Assembly (NCBI GenBank): GCA_051294375.1
Contig: CM119264.1
Location: 9,298,764-9,362,763 of the forward strand
Direction of reading: 5' to 3'
Source: Paraspadella gotoi
Lineage: Eukaryota; Animalia; Chaetognatha
Length of the DNA: 64,000 nt
Shown in pieces: positions 51,115 to 64,000 of this stretch. The number at the start of each line of letters is the position of its first letter. Position 1 is the stretch's first letter. The position numbers were made by a program, and so were the translations under genes. The notes under the pieces are model-generated. The model worked only from the letters and a program-made list of their open reading frames with translations, was not told the origin of the DNA and made no database searches.

Positions 51115-51324
51115 TGATTTAGATACAAAGGGTTTCAATTTTTTTTTAAAACTTGAATCAGTTTTATTATTCCGTCGATGTTCCTTATCTTTCTTTCATT
51201 TCAATTATCATGGCCGACGCCATTTTGCTTTTTGCGTCGCCGCTTCCGTTTCCTGAATTTGCGCCACGGATGAAAACAGTTTTAGCAAAAACCTGAAGCA
51301 TTGACGCAACTTTAGAGATTTAAA
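48365..51324. repeat. ~2.9-kb segment directly repeated at 57060-60034
   Basis: Both copies run from ctagttctaatctctcttcag to gcattgacgcaactt...gatttaaa; this copy ends at the 25-N gap 51325-51349. Confidence 0.95.
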
Positions 51325-53021
51325 NNNNNNNNNNNNNNNNNNNNNNNNNATTGAGGAGGCGAAGGACTGCATTTCTGTGATCACTGTTTTTCTCTCGCCA
51401 GCTTTCACTCTCCAGAGATAATAGGAAAACTGTGAAACAGGGGAGACGTTAATATTCGCTACACTTTTTTTTTCAAGATATCAATATCAATACGTGTTAT
51501 GACGCAGACAGTTATTATTTCATAAATTTTATGTTTCATATCTATTCTTTTTGTTCTATCCTTTTCCACTTGCACTTTAAATTTATACTGTTTCCGCGAC
51601 ACTATTTTTTTCCCAAATCCACGTAATGGGCTTTGGATGACTTGATTTCAATATTCACTTCTCCGCGATATACAGTTAATATTTCCCCCGGATTCTTTTT
51701 AGAATTTCATTTTAATTCTTCACAGCTTTTTTTTTCTTCTTTATTTTCTTCTTTTATTTTCTCCTCCACTAAATTTTTCTTCGCTTTCGCACAGCGGTTT
51801 TCTTTTCTTGCGGCAAAATACGAATTCTACTTATGCAAACGAAATGTGTGTTTTACCGAAAAGAGCGAAACTCCACCCCCCAAAACTGAGACTGGAATTA
51901 TTGAGTTTCGAGGGGGCAGGGTGAGACTGTTTAGGTGGACATTTTAACTGCGGTCGTGACACTCTTGTTGGAGGTTGCAACGGTTTATCGGTTGCGAGAT
52001 GACATGTTAATCTCAAACGCCTGCGAGTGGAAGAGTTTCATTCAACGGCTGTGATAACAAATGTTTCTAGATTAGTCCCAGGAGATTATATAAATACTAG
52101 TATAAGTTGGGAAGACAGTATTTGTAATTCTATTTCAGACCAAATTTTGCTCTAAATCTCCTCTTCAAAAAGGAAAAAAGAGAAAAAACATAATCGTCGG
52201 AGATTAATTTCATTCGTGTCCTTGAAATTCGAGTTTTTTGAAAGGACAGAGGGCTACGCTAATGACGAATGCGGCGAAATTTCTGCGCGGCACTGATGCC
52301 AAGTGGCTAACCAAGCAAAATACAAATTTTTTGTGGCTGTAGAACTTGTACGGTGAAACTATACAAACGTAAATGCTTTAAACTTCACTCAGCAGAGAGA
52401 ACAAATAGGCTGGCCCTTTTCAAATTCGTTTAGTAGAGCAAATCGAATAAAATTGCCAAGAACTTTTAACCAGATCGTGCGATTATATTCGTTAGAAAGG
52501 CAATTGATTTTACAAGCCATTCACTTGTTCAAGTAGTTCTGTTGTGACCGTACAAAACGCCCAGCTTCGTCTCGCTCTAGCACTAGCACTTCACCCTCTA
52601 TCGATACCAACCGCCAACATTTGTCCACCTCACCCTGCGCCCAAATCTGCTCAATAGCCTTTTCCTTTCCAAGCACTCCGGTCACCCCGCCCACTATCGG
52701 GGCCATTCTCCCGACTCAATCTTGAACACGTGTCTTCACCAGCAGTTGGACGTCAAACTGACAGGAATGTCAACGCACCAAAGCGACCGACGACGACGAC
52801 GACGACGAGAACGATATCGGAGATCTCTATTCTTTGTCTCTCCAATTCTACTATATTCTGTATCCATGCTTCCCTTTGTGATGGAATTTCAATGTTAACT
52901 TCATCAAGAAAAAAAAAAGACGATGCGACGAAACCGGCGACCGACGACCGACGACGACGAAGACGAAAAGGCAACAGACCACGCGTCTCTCCCATCCGAA
53001 TGCTGGGGCAATGGTTCTTCA

Positions 53022-53670
53022 CCGCCTTGGAAAGTCGGCCTGAGGGTCATTTGATTCCTGCCTCGCGTAAGTCCCCACTGCGCGCCTTCTGTCGAAGACG
53101 ATTTCGTGGAAAGAAACAAGAGGTCGAGGTTTCGAGTCCGGTTGGCCTGGGAGAGTAGTGAGCGCTTCCAGCGTCGTCGATTAAATCTTAACAATTTGTC
53201 AATCCGATTCGACGCCTACAATTGATTGAAAAGTCTTCCGCAAGCGAGAGATTCAGTCATTAAAATAAAAAATAATTCGAGGCGTTTTATCTTCACTAGG
53301 CCATTTTATAAGCTTTATTGCCGTCGTGGCAGCACATTCTTTTCCCCTCTCGGTAATCCTTTTGTTATTTTCTTATATTTTTCGGAAAAAAATCATCTCA
53401 TGCGGAATCTACGTTGTCTGTTGTTTTCGTTTTAATATATATTCATAATAACTATATTAAGTAAAGTTCAGCATGATGTTGGCAGAAAAACACTACACCG
53501 ACGCTATTGGGGAGGCCATCTAGACGTAACCAGGCGAGACATAACCCCCGAAGAGAGACGTTGTGAGAATGGACGAATATTGACGTCTTGAATTCAATTG
53601 CTACACATAAAAGATGGACAGCCAGCTTTTCCAAGGCGCGATCAACATCCTCCAGCATTCGTTTTGTTTC
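53022..53670 (-). CDS. Putative coding exons of an unidentified gene (mirror copy at ~61670-62290, + strand)
   Basis: GC-richer blocks with candidate splice sites (ttaag|atttaatcgac...aggcg|gtgaag; MLEDVDRALEKLAVH...). The frames are unreliable because of indels. Confidence 0.3.
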
Positions 53671-55114
53671 ACAGATTTGTAAACTTATTAGCAAAATGAG
53701 TGGAACGTATTAATACTGCACAATGTGGAAAATGAGCTTAAACAAAGGGGTTTTAGAAAAATTATATCCTGCTGTGACCAGCTTTGGCAGATTATAAAGA
53801 TGATCGTTTCGAACTTGTGACTGGTTGGCATTGGATTAAACACGAGACCCGGCGCCGCTGTGGCAACTATTTATCGATTCGCTTGGGTATTTTTTCCTTA
53901 TTTCTTTCAAACACCGAGCCTCTCTCTCATCTCTCTCGTTCTCATCTCTCTCAGTCTCATCTCTCTCTCTCTCTCCTTCCTCTCTCTCAATATTTATTCC
54001 TTCAAAATCACCGGGAATATAGACGATAAATTAAATAAAGGCTACTGACGTCGTAATTTCAAGCGAGAGCAGCGGAGGAACCGCCGCGAAAGCGTCTCGA
54101 TTCAAAACCTGCCCGAATATTCAGATTTTTTTTCTTCTGAAAAAATTTATTCGCCTCGTCTTTTCGCCGTTATTTAATTTTTTTGTTTTATCAGAGGAAA
54201 AAAAGGGTGTCGCGGTTATTACTTGTTGTACGAATTTATTGCGGTGCCATTTGCCATCCGTTTGTTTTTGTTTCTCTTTCTCATCAGTGTTATATATGTA
54301 AAGCTTCCTACACAGGTAAAAAAACAAAGAACTACGACGACGCGCCCGCAGTATTTTCCCCCCAAACTCCACCCGACGGTTAAAAATTCACCCAACGCGC
54401 GAGTTTGTCTGACATTTCCGGATTTCTGATGTCTCGAGCAGGCGGATCGACTTTTCAAACAGTTTTTTTTTTGCTGGCCGGGGGGGGGGCAGCCTCACGT
54501 GGAGCGGGTTCGGAGCTGGCAGCCCTTGGTTAAAAAACTCTTTTTAAGGTCCCTTTCAAAAACATTAACAAAGTTTAAAAAAAACTCCTAAAATCGCGAA
54601 AGAAAACAAAAAGAACGCCCCCCCCCTCTTCCAACACTTCGCATGCGTCTCAATTCGGACCGAGAAGAAATTTCAAAATTCCTGTGAAGCGCGTGCGAGA
54701 CCTGTCTAAACGGACTTCTACTACCACTCTATCCCCACCAATCCCTAAACTTCCCTCTCCCCCAAGTGCAGAGTCAATCTCCCTTTCACTGGCCATAAAG
54801 ATCACACCCTTAGCCCACGCCCGCCAATCGCCCCCAGATCCCATCCGCCTCCACACCTCGACCCCTAACGCAGGCAAAACTGAAAAAAATTACAAGAATC
54901 CCCTGTAAAAATCCTGACCCGAACGAAAAATTTAAGAGCTGGAGGGAGGGCAGCACAAACCCAGGAACTTTTCGACGCGATTTTATCGGCACGTAAGCGC
55001 CGATTAAACCTTTACCGGAAATAATTTTGGTTCCGAAAACGACGGCCGGTAGGCAAGAAAACGGCCGCTAGAACGACGCCGCGAGGAAGCCGGCGTCGAT
55101 GCGAGGACGAAAAT

Positions 55115-55300
55115 CGCTGATTGGCACGCGAGGCGATTTATTCATCGCGTTGTGTGTGAAGCGCCCTGATTGGCGGTAATAAAAAAGACATTTGTAGCGA
55201 ACTACAACGCTGATTGGTCGTTTGAAGTCCCGTGTCTTTCTAAATGGCTAGAAAACGTTTGAACAGTATGCCGGCACATAATGGCGCCTTGATTGGCTAC
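55115..55300. promoter_or_regulatory. Four CCAAT boxes (inverted copy of the promoter at 60273-60430)
   Basis: GATTGG at 55119, 55168, 55212 and 55291, plus TTTGAA at 55221 and ~55258. Confidence 0.55.
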
Positions 55301-57018
55301 AAAATTTTTTAATTTTTTTCTTCTCTTCAAAGCGCTGCACATCAACTCATGTCAGTCTTTCTACACTGAATAAACTAAAAATGTAAAGTACATTTAATGT
55401 CCGCCGTGGATTATGCACTTGTAACGAGTAAACGGTAAAATCTTTAACATTTTTGAATGTATCGAGAGAAATATCAGAATTTCAATACCCGTAACAATAA
55501 GAACGTCAGCCCAAAACCGACACACTCATGTCTCTTATAAAGAATAAACGAAATTTATCAAAACGCGTGTGATCAGACTTTAAAATCTTACAAGTTGCGT
55601 CAATGCTTCAGCGTTTTTGCTTAAAAAAACGTGTTTTCATATCCGTGGCGCAAATTCAGGAAACGGAAGCGCGAACGCAAAAAGCAAATGGCAGTCGGCC
55701 ATGATAATTGAAATGAAAAGAAAGATAAGGAACATCGACGTGGAATAATAACCTGATTCAAGTTTTAAAAAAAATTGAAACCCTTTGTATCTAAATCACA
55801 CCTCTCTCTCTCTCTCTTCTCTCTCTCTGCTTCTTCTCTTCTCCTCTCTCTCTCTCTCTTCTCTCTCTCTCTTCTCCTCTTCTCTCTCCCTCTCTCTCTC
55901 TCCTCTATCTCCATACTGTCCTGAGCCTGTTTTTGTTTTTTGTTTTTATTTCGCTTCTCTCTTCAAAGGTTAATAGCTTTAAAGTTTAGTTGGAATACGA
56001 TTTATTTTGATGTGAACCAGTCGTCCTTTTCACCATCATCAAATTCTACAGAACAATTCGCTACGCAAATATTTTTTTAATCTTGAGAGTTTAACTCGTT
56101 CTTTCCACATTTCGAACTTAAGTTTAATGTGACACAAATATGACATTAAGGTAATTCTTCGCTGCGCATCAAATGCCCGTAGCCTCAGGTGGATTCTCAC
56201 CAGGAATCCAGAGAATCAAACCGCGCCCCCCCCCCTCAACCCTCTTGAGTTTAAGGGAACCCTCGCGGCGTCCTTCTCAATCCAACGCCATCTCTAGGGA
56301 ATGAAAACAGAAATACAGACGGAGAGGGCTTTCAATGGGCGAAGGCAGCCGAATCATTTAAAGGGAAGGACGATTGAGAAAGATGGGCGAATGTCATAAC
56401 GTTTAATGGCGTTGACGTCATCTTTCGTCGTCGTCGTCGTCGTCGTCGCGTCGTCGTCAATTCTTTCGTCCTTTCTGGTCGTCCGCAGCTTTTAGTGATC
56501 TTCTTTTATCTTTTAAATTTATGATATTTTTTCTCCATTGAATAACTTAGGATTAAAAGATAACAAGTTTTAGCAACAAGGCCGAGTCTCCAAACGACAA
56601 TTTAGCGGCGCAAGCAGCGAATCAGATAATAAGTTATCACTAATCTTGAAATTTTCATTTTTAATAATTTTGGCTTTTCTTGTGTTTTAGTTATTTTAAT
56701 TCTGAAGGGAATGGTTTATGGTGGTTATGGGAGTTGTAGTAGTTTTTTGTGGTAGTCATATGGTTTATTGATTGTTATAATTGTAGTATTTGTTGTTGCA
56801 ACATGCATTTAAATTTTGTATAAAAGGAAAAACAAAAAATTACGTAATTGTTCACTAATAAATGTTTCCATGAAACTAATTCAGCTAATCACATGCTTCT
56901 CAACCCCACACAACAAAAATTTAAGTTCATAGTAAGGTTTCAGTTATCACTCTTAAAAAATGATATCAGGTTTCGGAAACCTGATTTCCTATATAGAGTG
57001 TTTATTCCTCTCTCCTCT

Positions 57019-57061
<43 letters not shown>

Positions 57062-58163
57062 GTTCTAATCTCTCTTCAGTTTTTCTTTTCTTTTTACAGC
57101 GACTAAAGGAAAAAAAATGATAAAAATATTAATTCAGCTTAGAGTTTTAGTCCGTTCCTCTTGTTCCGTGTTTTATCCTTCAACGACTCCTTGTAAAGTA
57201 GTATCTTTCCAACCCTGATATGTTCTTATTTTTCTTTTTTTATTTTTTTTTCTTATGAATACCGAGTCTCCTTCCTCTCTTTCCCCCCTTTCTCCCTTTC
57301 ACCACTCGCTGGGGAATAGAGGATGGGTATTTTTCGGTTTTTGTCAACAGGATTATGACATGTTCAGAATTTCCTGTCAGAATTTCCCGCCAGATTCCAA
57401 CGTCGGATCAAGTGTCTCAATTCTCGCCTCGTGACAACTGCGCATGCGTACTGAGCTTAGCTCAATTCTTCTTATCTATTAAACCTGAACTAAGTAAAGT
57501 ATTACTTACTGTAAAACTTACGCCGCCTTCGGGAAATCCTAAAACTATCAAGAATAAAAGACGAGAAAAAGGGCTAAAAAAGTTATTGTAGTCATGTAGT
57601 CATGTCATATCATGTCATGTCATGTCATGTCACGAAAAATACACGTGATAAGGCAGTCACTGCGGCGCAACCTTGTCTCTGTTCATATACTTGTTTTTAT
57701 TTATTATTTTCATCGCCGTCCATTTAATCTCACGTTTTTTTTTATGTGTCTAAAATAAATATCGTTCAAAACTACTAATATATTCGTATTTTTCTAATAA
57801 ATTTCACACACAACGAAAAGAAAGAAACGGTGAAATGAGACTTTTAAATTTTTCGCTTTAGAATTTTTTGTAAAAATATTTTGTTTTTCATTCTTCGTTT
57901 ACCTAAATTTTTTTTCTCTTCCATTCCCTACATTTTTCTTTGATTTTTTTTTCTCGAAACAATAGAAACCAAGAAGCGAAAAAACAACAAAGGAGACATT
58001 AAAGAAACAAAGTCCGAAAACAATGACGACAGAAAAAAATGGATGCGATAAACAATAAACATTAAAATGAAACGACATCCGTCGTCTTCTTTTTTGTTCG
58101 CCATTTTGAATCGACAAAGAACGAGGCAGGGAAGAAAGAATATCTGTTTCTTAGTCTAGATTC

Positions 58164-58266
<103 letters not shown>

Positions 58267-58529
58267 TCTCTGCTATCGTGACCAGAATGACACGAATCCT
58301 ATCATTTCTTTGAAATCTTGTCTTTTCTCTTCTCACTTCTCACTCTTTTCCAATATTCTTTTACGGTACTTCAGGTTTTTAGCAGTGAAAAAGTTTTTTT
58401 TTAATATGTTTACTTATTATTTTTCCATTTTTGTATTTTTTTTCAAATATGAAGAATGGCAAACGCGAAGAAATATTGACAGAAGGAGAAATAAAGCTGC
58501 ACTCTTGAGTCTTGACGGATAAATTTAAT

Positions 58530-58595
<66 letters not shown>

Positions 58596-59770
58596 AACAC
58601 TCTATAGGAAATCAGGTTTCCGAAACCTGATATCATTTTTTAAGAGTGATAACTGAAACCTTACTATGAACTTAAATTTTTGTGTGTGGGTTGAGAAGCA
58701 TGTGATTAAGCTGGAAATTAAGTTTCGATGGAATCGTCGCAGTGGAAATGAGTTTAAGTGGAAAAAACAAAAATTACGCTTAAAAAATTTATTTTGGTTG
58801 TTTTTCCTTTTTATTACAAGAATTTTAATGCATGTTGCAACAACAAATACTACAATTATAACAATCACTAAACCCATGACTACCACAAAAACTACTACAA
58901 CTCCCCATAACCAGCGCCATAAAAACGCCATTTCCGGCATGCAGAATTTTAAGAATAACCTAAAACACAAGAAAAACAAAATTATAAATAGTGGCCGTGA
59001 ATTGAATTTAATGGAAATGAAATTTCAAGATTAGTGATAACTTATTATCTGATTCGCTGCTTGCCGCTAAATTGTCGTTTGGAGATCCGGCCATGTTTGC
59101 TAAAACTTGTTATCTTTTAATCCTAAGTTATTCAATGGAGAAAAATATCATAATATTTAAAAGATAAAAGAAGATCACTAAAAGCTGCGGACGACAGAAA
59201 GGACGAAGAAGACGACGACGACGACGACTACGACGACGACGACGACGACGACAAAGATGACGTCAACGCCATTAAACGGTTATGACATTCGCCCATCTTT
59301 CTCAATCGTCCTTCCCTTTAAATGATTCGGCTGCCTTCGCCCATTGAAAGCCCATCCGTCTGTATTTCTGTTTTCATCCCTAGAGATGGCGTTGGATTGA
59401 GAAGGACGCCGCGAGGTTCCCTTAAACTCAAGAGGGTTGAGGGGGGGGGCGCGGTTTGATTCTCTGGATTCCTGGTTGAGAATCCACCTGAGGCTACGGT
59501 GCATTTGATGCGCAGCGAAGAATTACTTTAATGTCATATTTGTGTCACATTAAACTTAAGTTCGAAATTGGAAAGAGACGAGTTAAAACTCTCAAGATTT
59601 AAAAAAAATATTTGACGTTAGCGTAATTGTTCTGTTAGAATTTGATGAGGTTGAAAACGACGACTGGTTCCATCATCAAATAAATCGTATTCCAACTAAA
59701 CTTTAAAGCTATTAACTTTGAAGAGAGAAGCAAATAAACAAAAAACAAAAACAGGCTCCAGGACAGTATT

Positions 59771-59825
<55 letters not shown>

Positions 59826-59924
59826 TGATTTAGATACAAAGGGTTTCAATTTTTTTTTAAAACTTGAATCAGTTTTATTATTCCGTCGATGTTCCTTATC
59901 TTTCTATTTCATTTCAATTATCAT

Positions 59925-60530
59925 GGCCGACGCCATTTTGCTTTTGCGTCGCCGCTTCCGTTTCCTGAATTTGCGCCACGGATGAAAACGTTTTAGCAAA
60001 AACCTGAAGCATTGACGCAACTTTAAGATTTAAAGTCTCCAACGCGTTTGATAATTTGTTTATCTTTTATGAGACATGAGTGTGTCGGTTTTGGGCTGAC
60101 GTTCTTATTGTTACGGGTATTGAAATTCTGATATTTCTCGATACATTCAAATCGTTACCAGTATTTTCCGTGACATAAATCACGGAGGACTTAAATGTAC
60201 TTTACATTTTTAGTTTATTCATTAAAACTACATATGATGTCACCTTGAAAAAAAAAATTTAAAAATTTTTAGCCAATCAACCCATTATGCCGCATACTGT
60301 CAACGTTTTTCTAGCCATTTAAAAGACGGGAACTTCAACACCAATCAGCGTTTATTCGCTACAAATGTCTTTTTTACCGCCAATCAGCGCTTCACACACG
60401 ATAATAATCCGCCTCGCGATGCCAATCAGCGATTTGTCCTCGCCATCGACGCCGGCTCCTCGCGGCGTCGTTCCTAGCGGCGTTCTTCCTACCGGCGTCG
60501 TTTCGAACCAAAATTATTTCCGGTTAACTG
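59925..60530. promoter_or_regulatory. Probable bidirectional housekeeping-type promoter
   Basis: CCAATCA at 60273, 60341, 60380 and 60422, followed by a CpG-rich stretch. On the other side are YY1-like GCCATTTT (59932) and ETS-like CTTCCG (59955), overlapping a minus-strand AAAATGGCG start context. Confidence 0.5.
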
Positions 60531-61396
60531 GTTTTAATCCCCCAAAATTCCTGGGTTTTGCTTCCTCCTCGGCTTTAAATTTTTCGTCGGTCGATTTACA
60601 GGGATTTTTATTTTTCGTTTCCGTGGGGGCGGGTGGGGGCGGATGGGATCTGGCGGGCGTGGGCAAGGGTGTGATCTTTATGGATGAAGGGAGATTGACT
60701 GCATGGGGAGAGGGAGGTTTAGGATTGGTGGAAAGGGTAGTGAAGTCAGGGTAGACGGTCTCGAGCTTCACAGAATTTTAATTTCTTCTCGTCGATGCGA
60801 GCGATTGTTTGAAGAGGGGGGGGCGTTCTTTTTGTTTCTTTCGCATTTTAGGAGTTTTTTTTTTTTAACTTTTTAATGTTTTTAAAGGACCTTAAAAAGA
60901 GTTTTTAACCAAGGCTGCCAGCTCCAACCGCCTCCACGTGTCTCCCCCCCCCTCCCACCAAAAAAAAAACGTTTGAAAAGTCGTCGCCTGTCGAAACCAA
61001 AATCCGAAAGTCAGAAAACTCGCGGGGTGAATTTTAAACCGTCGGTGAGTTTCGGGGGGAAAAACTCGGGCGCGCTCTCTATTTTTTTTTTTTTACTGTG
61101 TGGACTTTAATAATATAAATTTGAGAAAAGAGAAACAAAAACAACGGATGGCAAATACGAATAAAATTCTAAAAAATAACGCACCCCTTTTTTCCCTAAT
61201 AAAAAAAAAAATTAAATAACCGGCGAAAAGACGAGGCGAATAAATTTTTCAGAGGAAAAAAAAATCTGAATATTCGCGGTTTTGAATCGAGACGCTTTCG
61301 CGGGGTTCCTCCGCTCTCGCTTGAAATACGATCGTCAGTAGCTTTTTTATTATTTCTATATTCCGTGATTTGAAGGAATAAATATTGAGAGAGAGA

Positions 61397-61449
<53 letters not shown>

Positions 61450-62480
61450 CGTGTTTGAAAAAATAAGGAAAAAATACCCAAAGCGAATCATAAATATTTC
61501 CACAGCGGCGGTCTCGTGTTTTAATCAATGCCAACCAGTCACAAGGTTCGAACATCATCTTTATAATCTGCCAAAGCTGTCACAGCAGATATAATTTTTC
61601 CAAAACCACTTTGTTTTAACTCATTTTCCACATTTGCAGTATTAATATTCCACTCATTTTCTAATAATTTAAATCTGTGAAACAACGAATCTTGGAGAAT
61701 TTATCGCGCCTTGGAAAAGCTGTTCCATCTTTTATTGTAAATGAAATTCAAGACGTCAATATCTCCATTCTCACAACGTCTCTCTTCGGGGGTTATGTCT
61801 CGCCTTTACGTTAGAGGCTCCCCAATAGCGTCGGTTAGTTTTTCTCCAACTCATGCTGAACTATATTAATATATATTATAATATATATTAAAACAAAACA
61901 AAACAAACTTAGATTCCGCAATGAAATATTTTTTCCGAAAAATAAAGAAAATAAAAAGGATTAACCGAGAGGGAAAAAAGTGGCTGCCACACGCAATAAA
62001 AGCTTATAAATGGCCTAGTAAATAAAACCCTCGGAAGTTATTTTTTTTTAATGACTAATTCTCTCGCTTCGGAAGACTTTTCAATAATTGTAACGTCGAA
62101 TCGGATTGACAAATTTTAAGATTTAATCGACGACGTGGAACGCTCACTACTCTCCCAGCCAAGGGATCGAACCCTCGACCTTTTTCTTTCCACGAAATCG
62201 TCTTCGACAGAAGCGCGAGTGGGGATTACGCGAGCGGAACAAATGACCCTCGCCGACTTTCCAAGGCGGAAGAACCATTGCCCCACATTTCGGATGGGAG
62301 AGACGCGTGGTCTTTGTCCTTTTCGTCTTCGTCGTCGTCGTCGTCGTCGTCGCCGCCGGTTTCGTCGGCATCGTCTTTTTTTTTTCTGTTGATGAAGTTG
62401 AATTAATTGAAATTCCATCACAAAGGGAACATGGATACAGAAATATAGAATTGGAGAGACAAAAATAGAGATCTCGATAT

Positions 62481-62512
<32 letters not shown>

Positions 62513-64000
62513 CTTTGGTCGTTGACATTCCCTGTCAGTTTTGACGTCCAACTGCTGGTGAAGACACGTGTTCAAGATTGAGGTCGGAAAATGGCCCCGA
62601 TAGTTGGGCGGGGTGACCGAGTTGCTGGAAAGGGAAAAGCTATTGAGCAGATTTGGGCGCAGGGGTGAGGTGGACAAATGTGGCGGTTGGTATCGATAGA
62701 GGGTGAGTCGTAGAGCGAGAGAGCTGGGCGTTTTGGAGGTCACAACAGAATACTTAACAAGTGAATTGGTTTTAAAATCATTCCTTCTAACGAATATGAC
62801 ATGGTTAAAAGTTTGGGAATTTTTTCGATTGCTCTACTAAAGAATTTGAAAGGCCAGCCTATTTGTTCTCTCTGTGAGTGAAAGTTTAAAGCATTTACTT
62901 TGTATAGTTTCACCGTACTAGAGTTCTACAGCACAAAAAATTGTATTTTGCTTGGTTGCCACTTGGCATCAGTGCCGCGCAGAAATTCGCCGCATTCCGT
63001 CATTAGCTATGCCCTCTTCCTTTCAAAAACTCGATTCAAGGACACGAATGAAATTAATCTCCGACGATTATTTTTTTCTTCTTTTTTTCCTTTTTGAAGG
63101 AGGGGATTTGAGAGCAAAATTTGGTCTGAAAATAAAAATTACAAATACTGTCTTCCCAACTTACTAGTATTTTTATAATCTCCTGACTAATCTAGAAAAC
63201 ATTTTTGATCACAGCCGTTGAATGAAACTCTTCCACTCCAGGCGTTTGAATTAACATGTCATCTCCAACCGATAAACCGTTGCAACCTCAACAAAGTGTC
63301 ACGCCGCAGTTAAAATTCCACCTAAACATCTCACCCTCCCCCCTCGAAACTCAATAATTCAGTCTTCATGTTTTGGGGGTGGAGTTTCGCTCTTTTCGGT
63401 AAACACACATTCGTTTGCATAAATGAATTCGTATTTTTGCCCAAGAAAAGAAAACCGCTGTGCCGAAGCGAAGAAAAATTTAGTGGAGGAAAATAAAGAA
63501 GAAAATAAAGAAGAAAAAAAAAGTTGAAGAATTAAAATGAAATTTAAAAAGAATCGGGGGAAATATTAACTTTATCGCGGAGAAGTGAATATGAAATCAA
63601 TCATCCAACCCATTACGTGATTTGGAAAAAATATGTCGCGGAAAAGTATAAATTTAAAGGTTGCAGTGGAAAGATAGAACAAAAAGAATAAATATGAAAC
63701 ATAAAATTTTATGAAATAATAATTCTGCGTCATAACACTGTATTTATTATTATTCTTAAAAAAAAGTAGAATATTAACTCTCCCCTTTTCACATTTTCCT
63801 ATTATCTCTGGAAAGTGAAAAGCTGCGAGAGAAAACATGATCACAAAATGAGTCCCTCGCGCCTCCTCAATTTTGGGGGAAAAGGGTACGCAATAAAAGA
63901 GGACACTCATTGCCTCTTCACTTCTTTATTGCTTCCTTTCTTTAGTTTCATTCTCTTTCTCTCCTCAATCATTTCATGACTCGCTCGCATTTTTTTCTCC

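Larger units (their letters stand above)
51350..57006. repeat. ~5.5-kb inverted copy of 58590-63871
   Basis: attgaggagg (51350) is the reverse complement of cctcctcaat (ending 63871). The copies are collinear in reverse through to gaataaacactctataggaaatc (~58591), with many 1-nt indels. Confidence 0.95.

Overview
This is AT-rich, intron-rich animal genomic DNA dense in (GA)n/(TC)n, (GAAA)n and (GAC)n microsatellites; most entries in the ORF track are microsatellite noise. Reading splice sites by hand gives three multi-exon genes. (1) A complete 14-exon Ariadne-1-like RBR E3 ubiquitin ligase on the minus strand (15398-21744). (2) A plus-strand gene with GDNF-receptor/GAS1-type cysteine domains separated by long low-complexity linkers (at least 24809-34898). 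(3) A minus-strand gene (about 13233 down to 4381) with a long disordered N-terminus and a region resembling a divergent IRF-association (IAD/SMAD-MH2-like) domain, but no visible IRF DNA-binding domain. One intron of gene 3 holds a tandem array whose units each carry a branch point, an acceptor, an in-frame 18-nt micro-exon and usually a GT donor. Also present: a frameshifted non-LTR reverse transcriptase fragment, a tRNA-derived SINE-like module nested in a dispersed repeat, a 41-bp hairpin minisatellite and a CCAAT-rich, probably bidirectional promoter. Large direct and inverted duplications lie next to two 25-N gaps and are probably at least partly assembly artefacts. All homology calls come from motif recognition by eye; no searches were run.
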